Source of the DNA: an uncultured Chloroflexia bacterium
GTDB taxonomy: Bacteria; Chloroflexota; Limnocylindria; Limnocylindrales; CSP1-4
Direction of reading: 5' to 3'
DNA length: 64,000 nucleotides
Assembly (NCBI GenBank): GCA_963698595.1
Contig: CAVORL010000006.1
Location: forward strand, 140,877-204,876
Both the position numbers and the translations under genes were made by a program. Below are positions 38,880 to 47,368 of the stretch, piece after piece (position 1 is the first letter of the stretch; each line of letters opens with the position of its first letter). Under the pieces are notes generated by a model. It was not told the origin of the DNA and ran no database searches. It saw only the letters and a list, made by a program, of their open reading frames with translations.

Positions 38880-39700
38880 GCGACACGACCATGTCGCCGC
38901 CGCCCGCAGCCCCTCCGAGCCGCGCGGTGCCGACGCCCGGAGGACTCGCGCCTGCCCGACGACCCGCCGCGTTTCGCCCGCTCGTGCGCCTCATGGCGCG
39001 CGGGCTGCTCGGCCGGCGACGCACGGTGGGCGTGGTGGTCCTGGCGGCGGCCCCGGTCCTGGCGGCCGTGGTGCTCGCGTTCGGGGGCGGCATCGGGGAC
39101 GCGAACACGCTGGCCCGCGAGGTGTACGAGTCAATCACGCTCGGGCTCGTCATCCCGCTCGCGGCCCTGCTCCTCGGGACCGGCGCCCTGGGGACCGCCT
39201 TCGACGATGGCACGATCGTCTACCTGCTCCTGAAACCAGTGCGCCGCCGGACCGTGCTCCTGGCCGCGGTGGTGGTCGCGGGCGTCGCCACGGCCCTGCT
39301 CACCCTGGCGACCACGCTCGTCGCCGGCCTCCTGCTGCTCGGCCTGTCCGATGCGGCGCTGCTCGCCGGGATGCTCGCGGCGACGCTCCTCGCGGCGGTC
39401 CTCTATGCCGCCGTCTTCGTGGCCCTCTCCGTCTTCACGGGTCGGGCGCTGCTCCTGGGCCTCGGGTACGTGCTGGTGTGGGAGGGCCTCGTCACGTCGC
39501 TGCTGGAGGGGACGCGAATCCTCTCGATCCGCGAATACGCCGCGTCGCTCGTCGGGGCCATGTCCGGGACTGCCTCGAGCGGCTCGGGGGGCGGGGTTGA
39601 CCCGCTCGTCGCGCTGGTCCTCTCCGCTGCAGCGCTCGTCCTCGCGATCGCTCTGGGTGCGTGGCGCCTTGGCCGCTTCGAGGTCACCGAGGCCGGCTGA
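38876..39700 (+). CDS. ABC-2 type permease
   Basis: DDGTIVYLLLKPV motif, about 6 TM; ATGA overlap. Confidence 0.85.
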   Translation: MSDTTMSPPPAAPPSRAVPTPGGLAPARRPAAFRPLVRLMARGLLGRRRTVGVVVLAAAPVLAAVVLAFGGGIGDANTLAREVYESITLGLVIPLAALLLGTGALGTAFDDGTIVYLLLKPVRRRTVLLAAVVVAGVATALLTLATTLVAGLLLLGLSDAALLAGMLAATLLAAVLYAAVFVALSVFTGRALLLGLGYVLVWEGLVTSLLEGTRILSIREYAASLVGAMSGTASSGSGGGVDPLVALVLSAAALVLAIALGAWRLGRFEVTEAG

Positions 39701-39783
39701 GGACCTGGTCCTCGGAGAAGGCGCATCGCCGGTGGAGCGTCACGGCGTGTCGCGCACGGCCCGGGCCTCGTACAATCCGGTCG

Positions 39784-40743
39784 ATGCCAGATCCGCGGAT
39801 CCGACGCCCGCGACCGTCCGCTCCTCGCAAGAAGCGGCCGCCCGACGCTGCCGGGCCCGCCGAGACGGCCCCGGTCGAGGGGCTCCCCGATGGCGCCGCC
39901 GCGACGACGCCGCCCGCGAGCGATGAGCTCCGGCCAACGGAGCGCCTGGAGGCCGTCGATGCGGCATCCGCGGAGGCCGCCGCCGCCGCCCTCGCCGCGG
40001 AGGACGTCGCGCAGGACGCGCTCCCTGCGGGTGAGCCGAGCTCGGACGCCGAGGCCCCGGAGCCCGCCGCCGACTCCGCCGACGTGCCTGCCGGGGATGG
40101 GCCTGCCGAGGAGCCCCGCGGCGATGAGTCCACCGAAGCAGGCGAGGAACCGGCCGGCTGGTTCCGGGACGACCCGCTCGAGGGGGTCGCCGCCGCCGCC
40201 TCCTCCCCGACGGGGGTCCCTGCCGACGGTGCCCCGCCCATCCCTGAGATGGAGGAGGAGGCGGGGGATCGCGACCTCCCCGTCGCAGCGCCGCTGGCCT
40301 CGGGGGAACCTCCCCGGGGCCGGCGCCGGATGCGCGGCCTGCTGATCGGCATCCTGACGATCATCGCCGTCGCCGCCTTCGGCTTCGTGATCGGGCTCAT
40401 GCTCCCCACGGTCCTCCCCGGTCCCGGGATCGACACCGGCGGGGCCACGCCGAGCGTTGCCCCGAGCGCCACCCTCGCCCCGACCCTCGCCCCGAGCGCC
40501 ACCCCCGTCCCGACCGCCACGCCGACGCCGAGCGCGACGCGCGAACCCACCCCCGAGCCGACCCCGGCCTCGTCCCCGGTCACCTACATCGTCAAGGTCG
40601 GCGACCAGCTCCAGCGCATCGCGGATCGCTTCGGGGTGACCATGAAGGCCATTCGGGAGCTCAACTCCATCGACGACCCGAACCTGATCCGGGTCGGCCA
40701 GAAGCTCCTCATCCCGCCCCCGACGAAGTCACCGGCACCGTAG
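39784..40743 (+). CDS. Membrane-anchored LysM protein
   Basis: Acidic disordered N-terminus, one TM, a PT-rich linker and a LysM domain (YIVKVGDQL..IA..FGV...N.I.DPNLIRVGQKL); TACAAT 7 nt upstream. Confidence 0.88.
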   Translation: MPDPRIRRPRPSAPRKKRPPDAAGPAETAPVEGLPDGAAATTPPASDELRPTERLEAVDAASAEAAAAALAAEDVAQDALPAGEPSSDAEAPEPAADSADVPAGDGPAEEPRGDESTEAGEEPAGWFRDDPLEGVAAAASSPTGVPADGAPPIPEMEEEAGDRDLPVAAPLASGEPPRGRRRMRGLLIGILTIIAVAAFGFVIGLMLPTVLPGPGIDTGGATPSVAPSATLAPTLAPSATPVPTATPTPSATREPTPEPTPASSPVTYIVKVGDQLQRIADRFGVTMKAIRELNSIDDPNLIRVGQKLLIPPPTKSPAP

Positions 40744-40878
40744 GCCGTCGACCGGGGCCGGCCGACGGCAGGTCCGCCACGGTGGGGCCGCCCGGGGTGC
40801 TGGGGGCCGCCCGGCGAGCGCCACTTCGTCCGGCGACGCATGCCCCACGGGTCCCGCGGGCCGGCCGACCGGACCGCC

Positions 40879-41754
40879 TTACGGTCGCTCCAGGCCGTGG
40901 GCCTTGAGGAAGGCGTCGTCCGCCAGCAGCGTGGCCGTCGCGTCGTCGCCCACGATCTCACCGTCGTCCATCACGACGGTCCGCGGGAACACCTCGTCCA
41001 CGAGGCGCATGTCGTGGGTCGAGACGAGGAGCGTCTGGTCGAGCGAGCGCAGGAGGACGATCAGCTCGCGGCGGCCCCTCGGGTCGAGCCCCGCAGACGG
41101 CTCGTCGAAGACGAGCACGCTGGGATCCATCGAGAGGACGGTGGCCAGCGCCACCCGCTTGCGCTGGCCGAGAGAGAGCCGGTGGGGGAGGCGTCGCTCG
41201 GAGCCGGCCATGCCGACGGCCGCCAGCGCCCGCTCCACGCGCTCGTGGATCTCGGACTCCGGGACGCCCATGTGGAGGGGTCCGAAGGCGACGTCTTCGA
41301 AGACCGTCGGGCTGAACAGCTGGTCGTCGGGGTCCTGGAAGACGAGGCCGACCTCGGCCCGGATCCGCTTGACGCTGGTGCGATCGATGAGTGTCCCGCC
41401 GATCCGCACCGAGCCGTGGGTGGGGGTGTTGATGCCGTTGAGGTGGAGCATGAGGGTGCTCTTGCCTGCACCGTTCGGCCCCACGAGGGCAACCTTCTCG
41501 CCGCGGGGTATCCGGAGATGGATCCCCCGCAGCGCCTCGAACCCGTCCGGGTACACGAAGTGGAGGTGCTCGACCTCGATCCAGCGGGCGACCAGCTCCG
41601 CGGACGGCGCGGGCCCCGCAACGGGATGGCCATGCAGTGCCCCGGGCACATGGGCGTGCTCGTGGACGCCGGGACTCTCGGACTCGGGTCCATGCTCGTG
41701 GGGGTGGACGTGGCCGGCGGCCATGGGGGAGGCCGGGGGCCGCACGCTGCTCAT
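40879..41754 (-). CDS. cbiO: ECF Co/Ni transporter ATPase with His-rich N-terminus
   Basis: GPNGAGKS, FQDPDDQLF, LSLGQRKR, FDEP, STHD. Confidence 0.9.
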   Translation of the reverse strand: MSSVRPPASPMAAGHVHPHEHGPESESPGVHEHAHVPGALHGHPVAGPAPSAELVARWIEVEHLHFVYPDGFEALRGIHLRIPRGEKVALVGPNGAGKSTLMLHLNGINTPTHGSVRIGGTLIDRTSVKRIRAEVGLVFQDPDDQLFSPTVFEDVAFGPLHMGVPESEIHERVERALAAVGMAGSERRLPHRLSLGQRKRVALATVLSMDPSVLVFDEPSAGLDPRGRRELIVLLRSLDQTLLVSTHDMRLVDEVFPRTVVMDDGEIVGDDATATLLADDAFLKAHGLERP

Positions 41755-42545
41755 GGCCGTGGGAGCACGAGCTGGCCCGCGACGGCCAGGGCCAGGATGG
41801 CGGCGGCGACAACCACGAAGGCGGTCCAGTCGGTTGCCGTCAGGGCCCGGCCCCCCATCGAACGGAACTCGCCGTCGAAGCCGCGCGCCAGCATCGCGGC
41901 ATAGACGCGCTCGCTGCGCTCGTACGAACGGAGGAACAGCGAGCCGACCATCCCGCCCACCACCTTCGCGCGCCAGCGGATGCTCCCGCCGCCGCGTCCC
42001 TCCACGACCGCGGAACGGCTCTGGCGGGCCCGGTTGAGGCGGCCGGCCTCGCCGGTGAGGACGGCGAGGTAGCGATACATGAAGCCGATGATCGCCACCA
42101 GGAGGCGCGGCAGGTGCAGCCGGCGGAGCGCCTCCACGAGGTCTGGAAAGGGGGTGGTGAACGAAAGCAGCAGCGCCGCCTGCACGCTGACCCAGCTCTT
42201 GAATGCGATCGTTGCGAATTCGCGGAGACCCTGGCCGCTGATCGTGAGGGACAGCGGTCCCAGCACGACCGTGGCCAGCGGATCCCCCGGCCGGGAGAAC
42301 ACGAGGGGCAGGGCGGCGAGGATGAACGGCAGCGCGAAGAAGGCAGACCGGGTCAGCCGGAATGGGCCGAGGCGGGCGACGGCGGACAGGCCCACCAGCG
42401 CCAGCCACGCGATGCCGAGCGCGACGAAGGATCCGACCGGCAGCAGGCTGATCGACAGGATGAAGCCGACCGTCAGGACGAACTTGAGCCGCGGGTCGAC
42501 GCGGTGGACGACGCTGTCGCGGGCGAGATAGCGGTCGAGATTCAG
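41751..42545 (-). CDS. cbiQ: ECF Co/Ni transporter T component (start codon uncertain, possibly CTG)
   Basis: HRVDPRLK, FMYRYL, ARQSR, RSERVYAAMLARGF. Confidence 0.88.
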   Translation of the reverse strand: MNLDRYLARDSVVHRVDPRLKFVLTVGFILSISLLPVGSFVALGIAWLALVGLSAVARLGPFRLTRSAFFALPFILAALPLVFSRPGDPLATVVLGPLSLTISGQGLREFATIAFKSWVSVQAALLLSFTTPFPDLVEALRRLHLPRLLVAIIGFMYRYLAVLTGEAGRLNRARQSRSAVVEGRGGGSIRWRAKVVGGMVGSLFLRSYERSERVYAAMLARGFDGEFRSMGGRALTATDWTAFVVVAAAILALAVAGQLVLPRP

Positions 42546-42546
42546 G

Positions 42547-42999
42547 TCAGGCCGCCGGGTCCTTCCGCCTGCGGGCGAGCAGGCGCCCCAGGAGGAGCAC
42601 GAGAACGAAGACGACTGCGATCCCGACGATCCCCGCGACGATCGTGGAGATGGTCCCGTCGAGGCCCGGGATCGTGTAGTCGGGCAGGATGAGGAAGCCC
42701 GGCTCCTTCGCGGCTGCCTCGAACCCCTGCTCGATCGCGACCGCGTCGAGGCCGTCCGGGTCACCGGAGGCGAAGTTGGCCGCCAGGATGGCGACGCCGG
42801 CCGCGATCGCGAGCCCGGCGACCCACCAGTAGCGGTACAGCAGGCCCTTCGGGGTCTCGTCCGGCACGTCCCCGTCCGTCCCGGCCCCGCGAGCGGCGCC
42901 CGGAGGTCCGGCCGGACCAGGGCCCGGGGCGGCGGGGCCGCCCGTGGCGGGCGTTGCGGCGGAGTCTGGGGTGGGGGACCGCAGCGTCACCTCCGCCAC
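42547..42999 (-). CDS. PDGLE-domain (NikN-like) membrane component
   Basis: ASGDPDGLDAVA, PDYTIPG, two TM segments. Confidence 0.85.
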   Translation of the reverse strand: MAEVTLRSPTPDSAATPATGGPAAPGPGPAGPPGAARGAGTDGDVPDETPKGLLYRYWWVAGLAIAAGVAILAANFASGDPDGLDAVAIEQGFEAAAKEPGFLILPDYTIPGLDGTISTIVAGIVGIAVVFVLVLLLGRLLARRRKDPAA

Positions 43000-43000
43000 C

Positions 43001-43714
43001 TCAGGCGCGTGCCGCGACCGGCGCCCCGCGCAGGTGGAGCAGGTCGGGCCGCGTCACCCGGATGAACCCGAGGGCGGCAATCGTGATGAGCGCCTCGCCG
43101 ATCCCGATGAGGGCGTGAGTCGAGAGCATCGCGGTCAGCGCCACCACGAGGTTGGTCGTCCCCGAGAGTCCCAGCTCGATCGCCATCGCGCCGGCGGCGC
43201 CGAAGACCGAGAGCCACGCCGCAACGCCGGCCGCAGGGATCCGTGCCCGCTCCTCGCCGCCCAGGATCCGGCACAGGGACCGGTAGACCGCATAGCCCCC
43301 GAGGGTGCCAATGATCCCCATGTTGAAGATGTTCGCGCCCATCACCACGAGGCCGCCGTCCTGGAAGACGAGGCCCTGGACCGCCACCACGGCGACCATG
43401 ACGAGGGTCCCAGCCCAGGGGCCCAGGAGGACCGCGGCAAGCACGCCCCCCAACAGGTGCCCCGAGGTTCCGCCCACGACCTGGAAGTTGAACATCTGGG
43501 CCGCGAAGACGAACGCTGCGGTCACGCCCATGAGCGGGATGGCCCGCTCGTCGAACGTCGCATTCGTCTTCCTGACGGCGTACGCCGTCACGGCAAGCGT
43601 CACGAGCCACATGAGGCCGGCGATCGGCACGCTGAGGAACCCGTCGGGGGCGTGAAGCTGGCCGGGCCCGAAGCCGCCGGTCGCTGCGGCAGCGCCCGTG
43701 ATGGATGCGAACAC
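43001..43714 (-). CDS. cbiM: ECF Co/Ni substrate-binding S component (CbiM/NikM)
   Basis: LHAPDGFLS, FAAQMFNF, GTSGHLLGG, QDGG...GAN, HALIGIGE; AGGGGAG RBS before GTG 43714. Confidence 0.9.
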   Translation of the reverse strand: MFASITGAAAATGGFGPGQLHAPDGFLSVPIAGLMWLVTLAVTAYAVRKTNATFDERAIPLMGVTAAFVFAAQMFNFQVVGGTSGHLLGGVLAAVLLGPWAGTLVMVAVVAVQGLVFQDGGLVVMGANIFNMGIIGTLGGYAVYRSLCRILGGEERARIPAAGVAAWLSVFGAAGAMAIELGLSGTTNLVVALTAMLSTHALIGIGEALITIAALGFIRVTRPDLLHLRGAPVAARA

Positions 43715-43783
43715 CCTGGTCTCCCCTCGGCTCGGGTGACTGCCCAAGCTCTTTCGTGGGATTGTAGCGCACGTTATCGCAGA

Positions 43784-43797
43784 TGCAACGGGTTGCA
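43784..43797. promoter_or_regulatory. Palindromic operator TGCAAC-GG-GTTGCA (Fur/Nur-type) between cbiM and the fur-like gene
   Basis: Perfect inverted repeat overlapping the predicted -35 (TTGCAT) of the cbiM promoter, whose -10 is TACAAT at 43766-43761. Confidence 0.65.
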
Positions 43798-43839
43798 ACA
43801 ATGCCCCGCTGCCACCTTGGCCTGCCTATACTCCGTGGC

Positions 43840-44304
43840 ATGAACCCTGCCGGATCGTCCGCCCCGCCGCGCAGCCACGACCCGCACGTCTGGGAGACGC
43901 TTCGCCAGCGCCTCCACGAGCGGGGCCTCCGCTGGACCCCCCAGCGCCGGACGCTCGTCAGCGTGCTCGCGGAGACGCACGGCCACGTCACGGGCGCCGA
44001 GCTGGTGGAGCGCTGTCGACGGCGCGACCCGTCGACGATCCCGTCGACGGTCTACCGGACGCTCGATGTCCTCGAGGACATGGGGGTCGTGCGCCACGGC
44101 CATGGGCCGGACGGGCGCGAGGAGTATCACGTCCTTCCCGACGCGGTCCATGGTCACCTCCACTGCAACGGCTGCGGTGCGACCTGGGAGATTGGAATCG
44201 GCGAGGCCGCGGCGATCGTCCGGGCGCTGGACGCCGACCGCGGCTTCGAGGTCGACCTCTCCCACGTCACGATCGTGGGCCGCTGCCGGGCCTGCCGAGG
44301 TTGA
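43840..44304 (+). CDS. Fur-family metalloregulator, Nur-like
   Basis: RWTPQR, STVYRTL, RHGHG, HGHLHCNGC, SHVTIVGRCRAC; TATACT 7 nt upstream of the ATG. Confidence 0.9.
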   Translation: MNPAGSSAPPRSHDPHVWETLRQRLHERGLRWTPQRRTLVSVLAETHGHVTGAELVERCRRRDPSTIPSTVYRTLDVLEDMGVVRHGHGPDGREEYHVLPDAVHGHLHCNGCGATWEIGIGEAAAIVRALDADRGFEVDLSHVTIVGRCRACRG

Positions 44305-44499
44305 GGGCCGCCCCGGCCGCGTGCCGCGGGCGGCGCCGATCCCTTCATGGCGGGCAGCCGTCGCCCCGCGACTGCAGCCGCCTGCCCGAGGTGCGAGGAC
44401 CTCACCGCGGCCTCTGAGGCGCGCTCCTCGGCACGTCCGACCCGGACTCCACATCCGCGGCGGCCCCCCGAACGATCTCGGTGTGGAGGTGATCCAGTC

Positions 44500-45006
44500 A
44501 TGCGCCAACGAAGCGTCGTCCCCGTCGCGCCCGGTCCCGGCCAGGAGTCGGTGTGGGACTACCCGCGCCCGCCCCGCGTCGAGGCCGTCCCGGACCGGGT
44601 CCGCGTCGTCGTCGGGGGCGTCGTCGTGGCCGACACGACCAGCGCGCTGCGCGTGCTCGAGACCAGCCACCCGCCGACCTACTACGTACCCCCGGAGGAC
44701 ATCCGTCTGGACCTCCTTCACCCCTCGCCGCGCACGTCGTACTGCGAGTTCAAGGGGCGAGCGACATACCGCACGCTGCTCCTGCCGGCGGTCCGTTCCG
44801 TCGCCGACGTCGCGTGGCTGTATCCGGACCCGACGCCTGGCTATGAGGCGCTCGCGGGCCACCTGTCGTTCTACGCGAGCAGGGTCGACGAGGCATGGGT
44901 CGGCGACGAGCTCGTGACGCCTCAGGCCGGCGACTTCTACGGCGGCTGGATCACGTCGCAGGTCATCGGTCCCTTCAAGGGCGCGCCGGGCACTTGGGGG
45001 TGGTGA
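44500..45006 (+). CDS. DUF427 protein
   Basis: QESVWDYPRPP, ETSHPPTYY, CEFKG, FYGGWIT, GPFKG; GGAGG RBS. Confidence 0.9.
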   Translation: MRQRSVVPVAPGPGQESVWDYPRPPRVEAVPDRVRVVVGGVVVADTTSALRVLETSHPPTYYVPPEDIRLDLLHPSPRTSYCEFKGRATYRTLLLPAVRSVADVAWLYPDPTPGYEALAGHLSFYASRVDEAWVGDELVTPQAGDFYGGWITSQVIGPFKGAPGTWGW

Positions 45007-45057
45007 GAGTCCGACCGCGACGCGCAAGCGGCCGGCGAACCTCCAGCGACCTGCCGG

Positions 45058-45840
45058 TCAGCTCTCCGGCGTGGGGACCCCCAGGATGTTGAAGCCCCCG
45101 TCGACATAGATGACCTCGCCCGTTACCTGTCGTGAGAGATCGCTGGCCAGCCAGACCGCAGTCCCCGCCACGTCCTCGATCGTGATGTTCGAGCGCAGCG
45201 GCGCCACGTCGCGGAAGGCGCCGTACATCGACTTGAAGCCGGCGATCCCCTGCGCCGCCAGCGTCCGGATCGGCCCTGCCGAGATCGCGTTGACCCGGAC
45301 GCCCTCGGGTCCCAGGTCGGCGGCGAGGTAGCGGACGCACGCCTCGAGCGCCGCCTTCGCGACGCCCATCACGTTGTAGTGGGCGACGACCTTCTCGGCT
45401 CCGTAGTAGGACAGGGTCAGGATGCTCGCGCCCGGGCGCAGGTGCGGCCGCGCCTCGCGGGCGAGCGCGACGAGCGAGTAGGCGGACACATCCATGGCGA
45501 GCGCGAAGCCTTCGCGCGAGGTGTCGACGAAGGTGCCTTCGAGGTCCTCCCGGTTGGCGAAGGCGAGGGCGTGGACCAGGATGTCGAGGCCGCCGACCTC
45601 CGCCCCCCAGCGGTCGAAGACGGCCTTGACCTGGCCGTCGTCGCGGACGTCGCACGGTTCCACGAACGTGCTGCCGATGCTGGCGGCGAGCGGTGCCACG
45701 CGCTTCGCGATGAGGCTCTCGACCGAGCTGAAGCCGACGGTCGCCCCGTGCTCGTGGAGCGCCCTTGCGATCCCCCACGCGATCGAGTGGTCGTTCGCCA
45801 CGCCGAAGACCAGCGCGGTCCTCCCGTCGAGCAACCCCAT
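45058..45840 (-). CDS. fabI: Enoyl-ACP reductase
   Basis: GVANDHSIAWGIA, YNVMGVAKAALE, NAISAGPIRTLA, YVDGG. Confidence 0.95.
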   Translation of the reverse strand: MGLLDGRTALVFGVANDHSIAWGIARALHEHGATVGFSSVESLIAKRVAPLAASIGSTFVEPCDVRDDGQVKAVFDRWGAEVGGLDILVHALAFANREDLEGTFVDTSREGFALAMDVSAYSLVALAREARPHLRPGASILTLSYYGAEKVVAHYNVMGVAKAALEACVRYLAADLGPEGVRVNAISAGPIRTLAAQGIAGFKSMYGAFRDVAPLRSNITIEDVAGTAVWLASDLSRQVTGEVIYVDGGFNILGVPTPES

Positions 45841-45966
45841 CCAGCAGCCTCCTGTCGACGATCACCACCGAGGGTGGCCATCCTACGCGCTGGAGGTGGG
45901 CCCGGCGGCGGCGCGTCCAACCCGGCTCGGCGGGCGACGAGGGGGACGAAGCGGTACGCTCTGGGC

Positions 45967-46425
45967 GTGAACCCGACTTCCTTGAGCCTGGACCGCTTTC
46001 GCCCCCGAGCCTGGCCGGTGCGCGCCGCCTTCATCGTGCTCGGCACATTCTTCCTGGCTTTGGGTGCCGTCGGCCTGGTGGTCCCGGTCCTGCCGACCAC
46101 GCCGTTCGTGCTCCTTGCCGCCGCCTGCTACGCACGGGCGTCGAGCCGTCTCCACGCCTGGCTCCTGCACAGCCGGACGTTCGGTTCGACGATCCAGGCA
46201 TGGCAGGATCACGGCGCAATCCCCCGCCGGGCAAAGGCGATCGCGCTCGCGATGGTGATCCTCACGTTCGGCGTCTCGATCGCGTTCGTTGCGGAGGCGC
46301 CGCTCACGCGCGCGGCTCTCGCGGCGCTGGGGATCGTCCTCGTCGCCTGGATCGCTCTCCGCCCATTGCCGCCGACGGGCCTTCTGCCTGCGCAGCGCCT
46401 CGTCGAACGCGCGGACGGGCGATGA
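45967..46425 (+). CDS. YbaN/DUF454 membrane protein
   Basis: PVLPTTPFVLLAAACY, WLL...FG..I..W, AK; TACGCT 6 nt upstream of the GTG. Confidence 0.88.
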   Translation: MNPTSLSLDRFRPRAWPVRAAFIVLGTFFLALGAVGLVVPVLPTTPFVLLAAACYARASSRLHAWLLHSRTFGSTIQAWQDHGAIPRRAKAIALAMVILTFGVSIAFVAEAPLTRAALAALGIVLVAWIALRPLPPTGLLPAQRLVERADGR

Positions 46426-47273
46426 TGGATCTTCGCACCGCACTCCGCGGAGTGCGCGCCCTCGTGCTCGATGTCGACGGCGTGCTCGTGCTGCGGGGGG
46501 CCGTCCTGCCGGGGGCGGCCGAGGCCATCGCGCGACTCCACGAGCGCGACATTGCCTACCGCGTCGCCACGAACATCTCCGCCTCGCACCGGGAGACACT
46601 CGCGGCCCGCTTCGCCGGCATGGGCCTGCCGATCCCTGCCGAGCGGATCGTCACCTCCCTCTCGGCCACCGTGGACCACGTCCGCCGCGCCTACCCCGGC
46701 CGCCCGGTCTTCGTCCTGACCGATCCCGACGGCCTGCGCGAGTTCGGTGATCTCCCCCGGCTGACCCCCGAGGACGCCGATGCCGACGGCGCGACCGCCG
46801 CCGCCGTGATCTTCGGCGATGCCGCCCACGACCTGAGCTACGAGAACCTCGACCGCGCCTTCCGCCTGGTCCGGGGAGGGGCGGAGCTCGTCGCGATGCA
46901 CCGCAACGGCTGGTGGCATACGCCCCGCGGCGAGACGATCGATACGGGTGCCTTCGTCGCCGCGGTCGAGTACGCGGCCGGCGTCCGTGCACTCGTCACC
47001 GGCAAGCCGAGCCTCCCGATGTTCCGCACGGCGGTGCGGGGCCTGGCCGCGGACATCGCCGCCGCCGGCGGCTCACGCCTGCGGCGCGACGAGGTGGCGA
47101 TGGTGGGGGATCACGCCCCGCAGGACGTCCGAGGCGCGCGGCGCGCCGGCCTTCGCGCGGTCCTGGTCCTGTCGGGCCGGACGGGCCCGGACGACGTTGC
47201 CGGGCTCCGCGGCAACGAGGTCCCGGACGCGGTCACGGCGACCGTGGAGGACGTCGTCGCCGCGCTAGACTGA
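46422..47273 (+). CDS. HAD-IIA (NagD/LHPP-like) hydrolase
   Basis: LDVDGVL, ATN, GKPS, MVGDHAPQDVRGA. Confidence 0.9.
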   Translation: MMDLRTALRGVRALVLDVDGVLVLRGAVLPGAAEAIARLHERDIAYRVATNISASHRETLAARFAGMGLPIPAERIVTSLSATVDHVRRAYPGRPVFVLTDPDGLREFGDLPRLTPEDADADGATAAAVIFGDAAHDLSYENLDRAFRLVRGGAELVAMHRNGWWHTPRGETIDTGAFVAAVEYAAGVRALVTGKPSLPMFRTAVRGLAADIAAAGGSRLRRDEVAMVGDHAPQDVRGARRAGLRAVLVLSGRTGPDDVAGLRGNEVPDAVTATVEDVVAALD

Positions 47274-47368
47274 CGACCGGACACCGAACCGCCACCGAGC
47301 CGGCCGCCCCCACCTCGGCCGAGCACGTCCCAGCTGCGTCGAGCCTGCGACACGAGGAGCATCCACCC

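Noticed and set aside
40440-40580. Repeated GCCCCGAGCGCCACC/ACGCCG units
   Set aside because: This is an ordinary Pro/Thr/Ala linker coding repeat within the LysM gene.
43715-43840. Cobalamin riboswitch before cbiM (or before RACo)
   Set aside because: The intergenic space is too short and has no B12-box; RACo appears leaderless.
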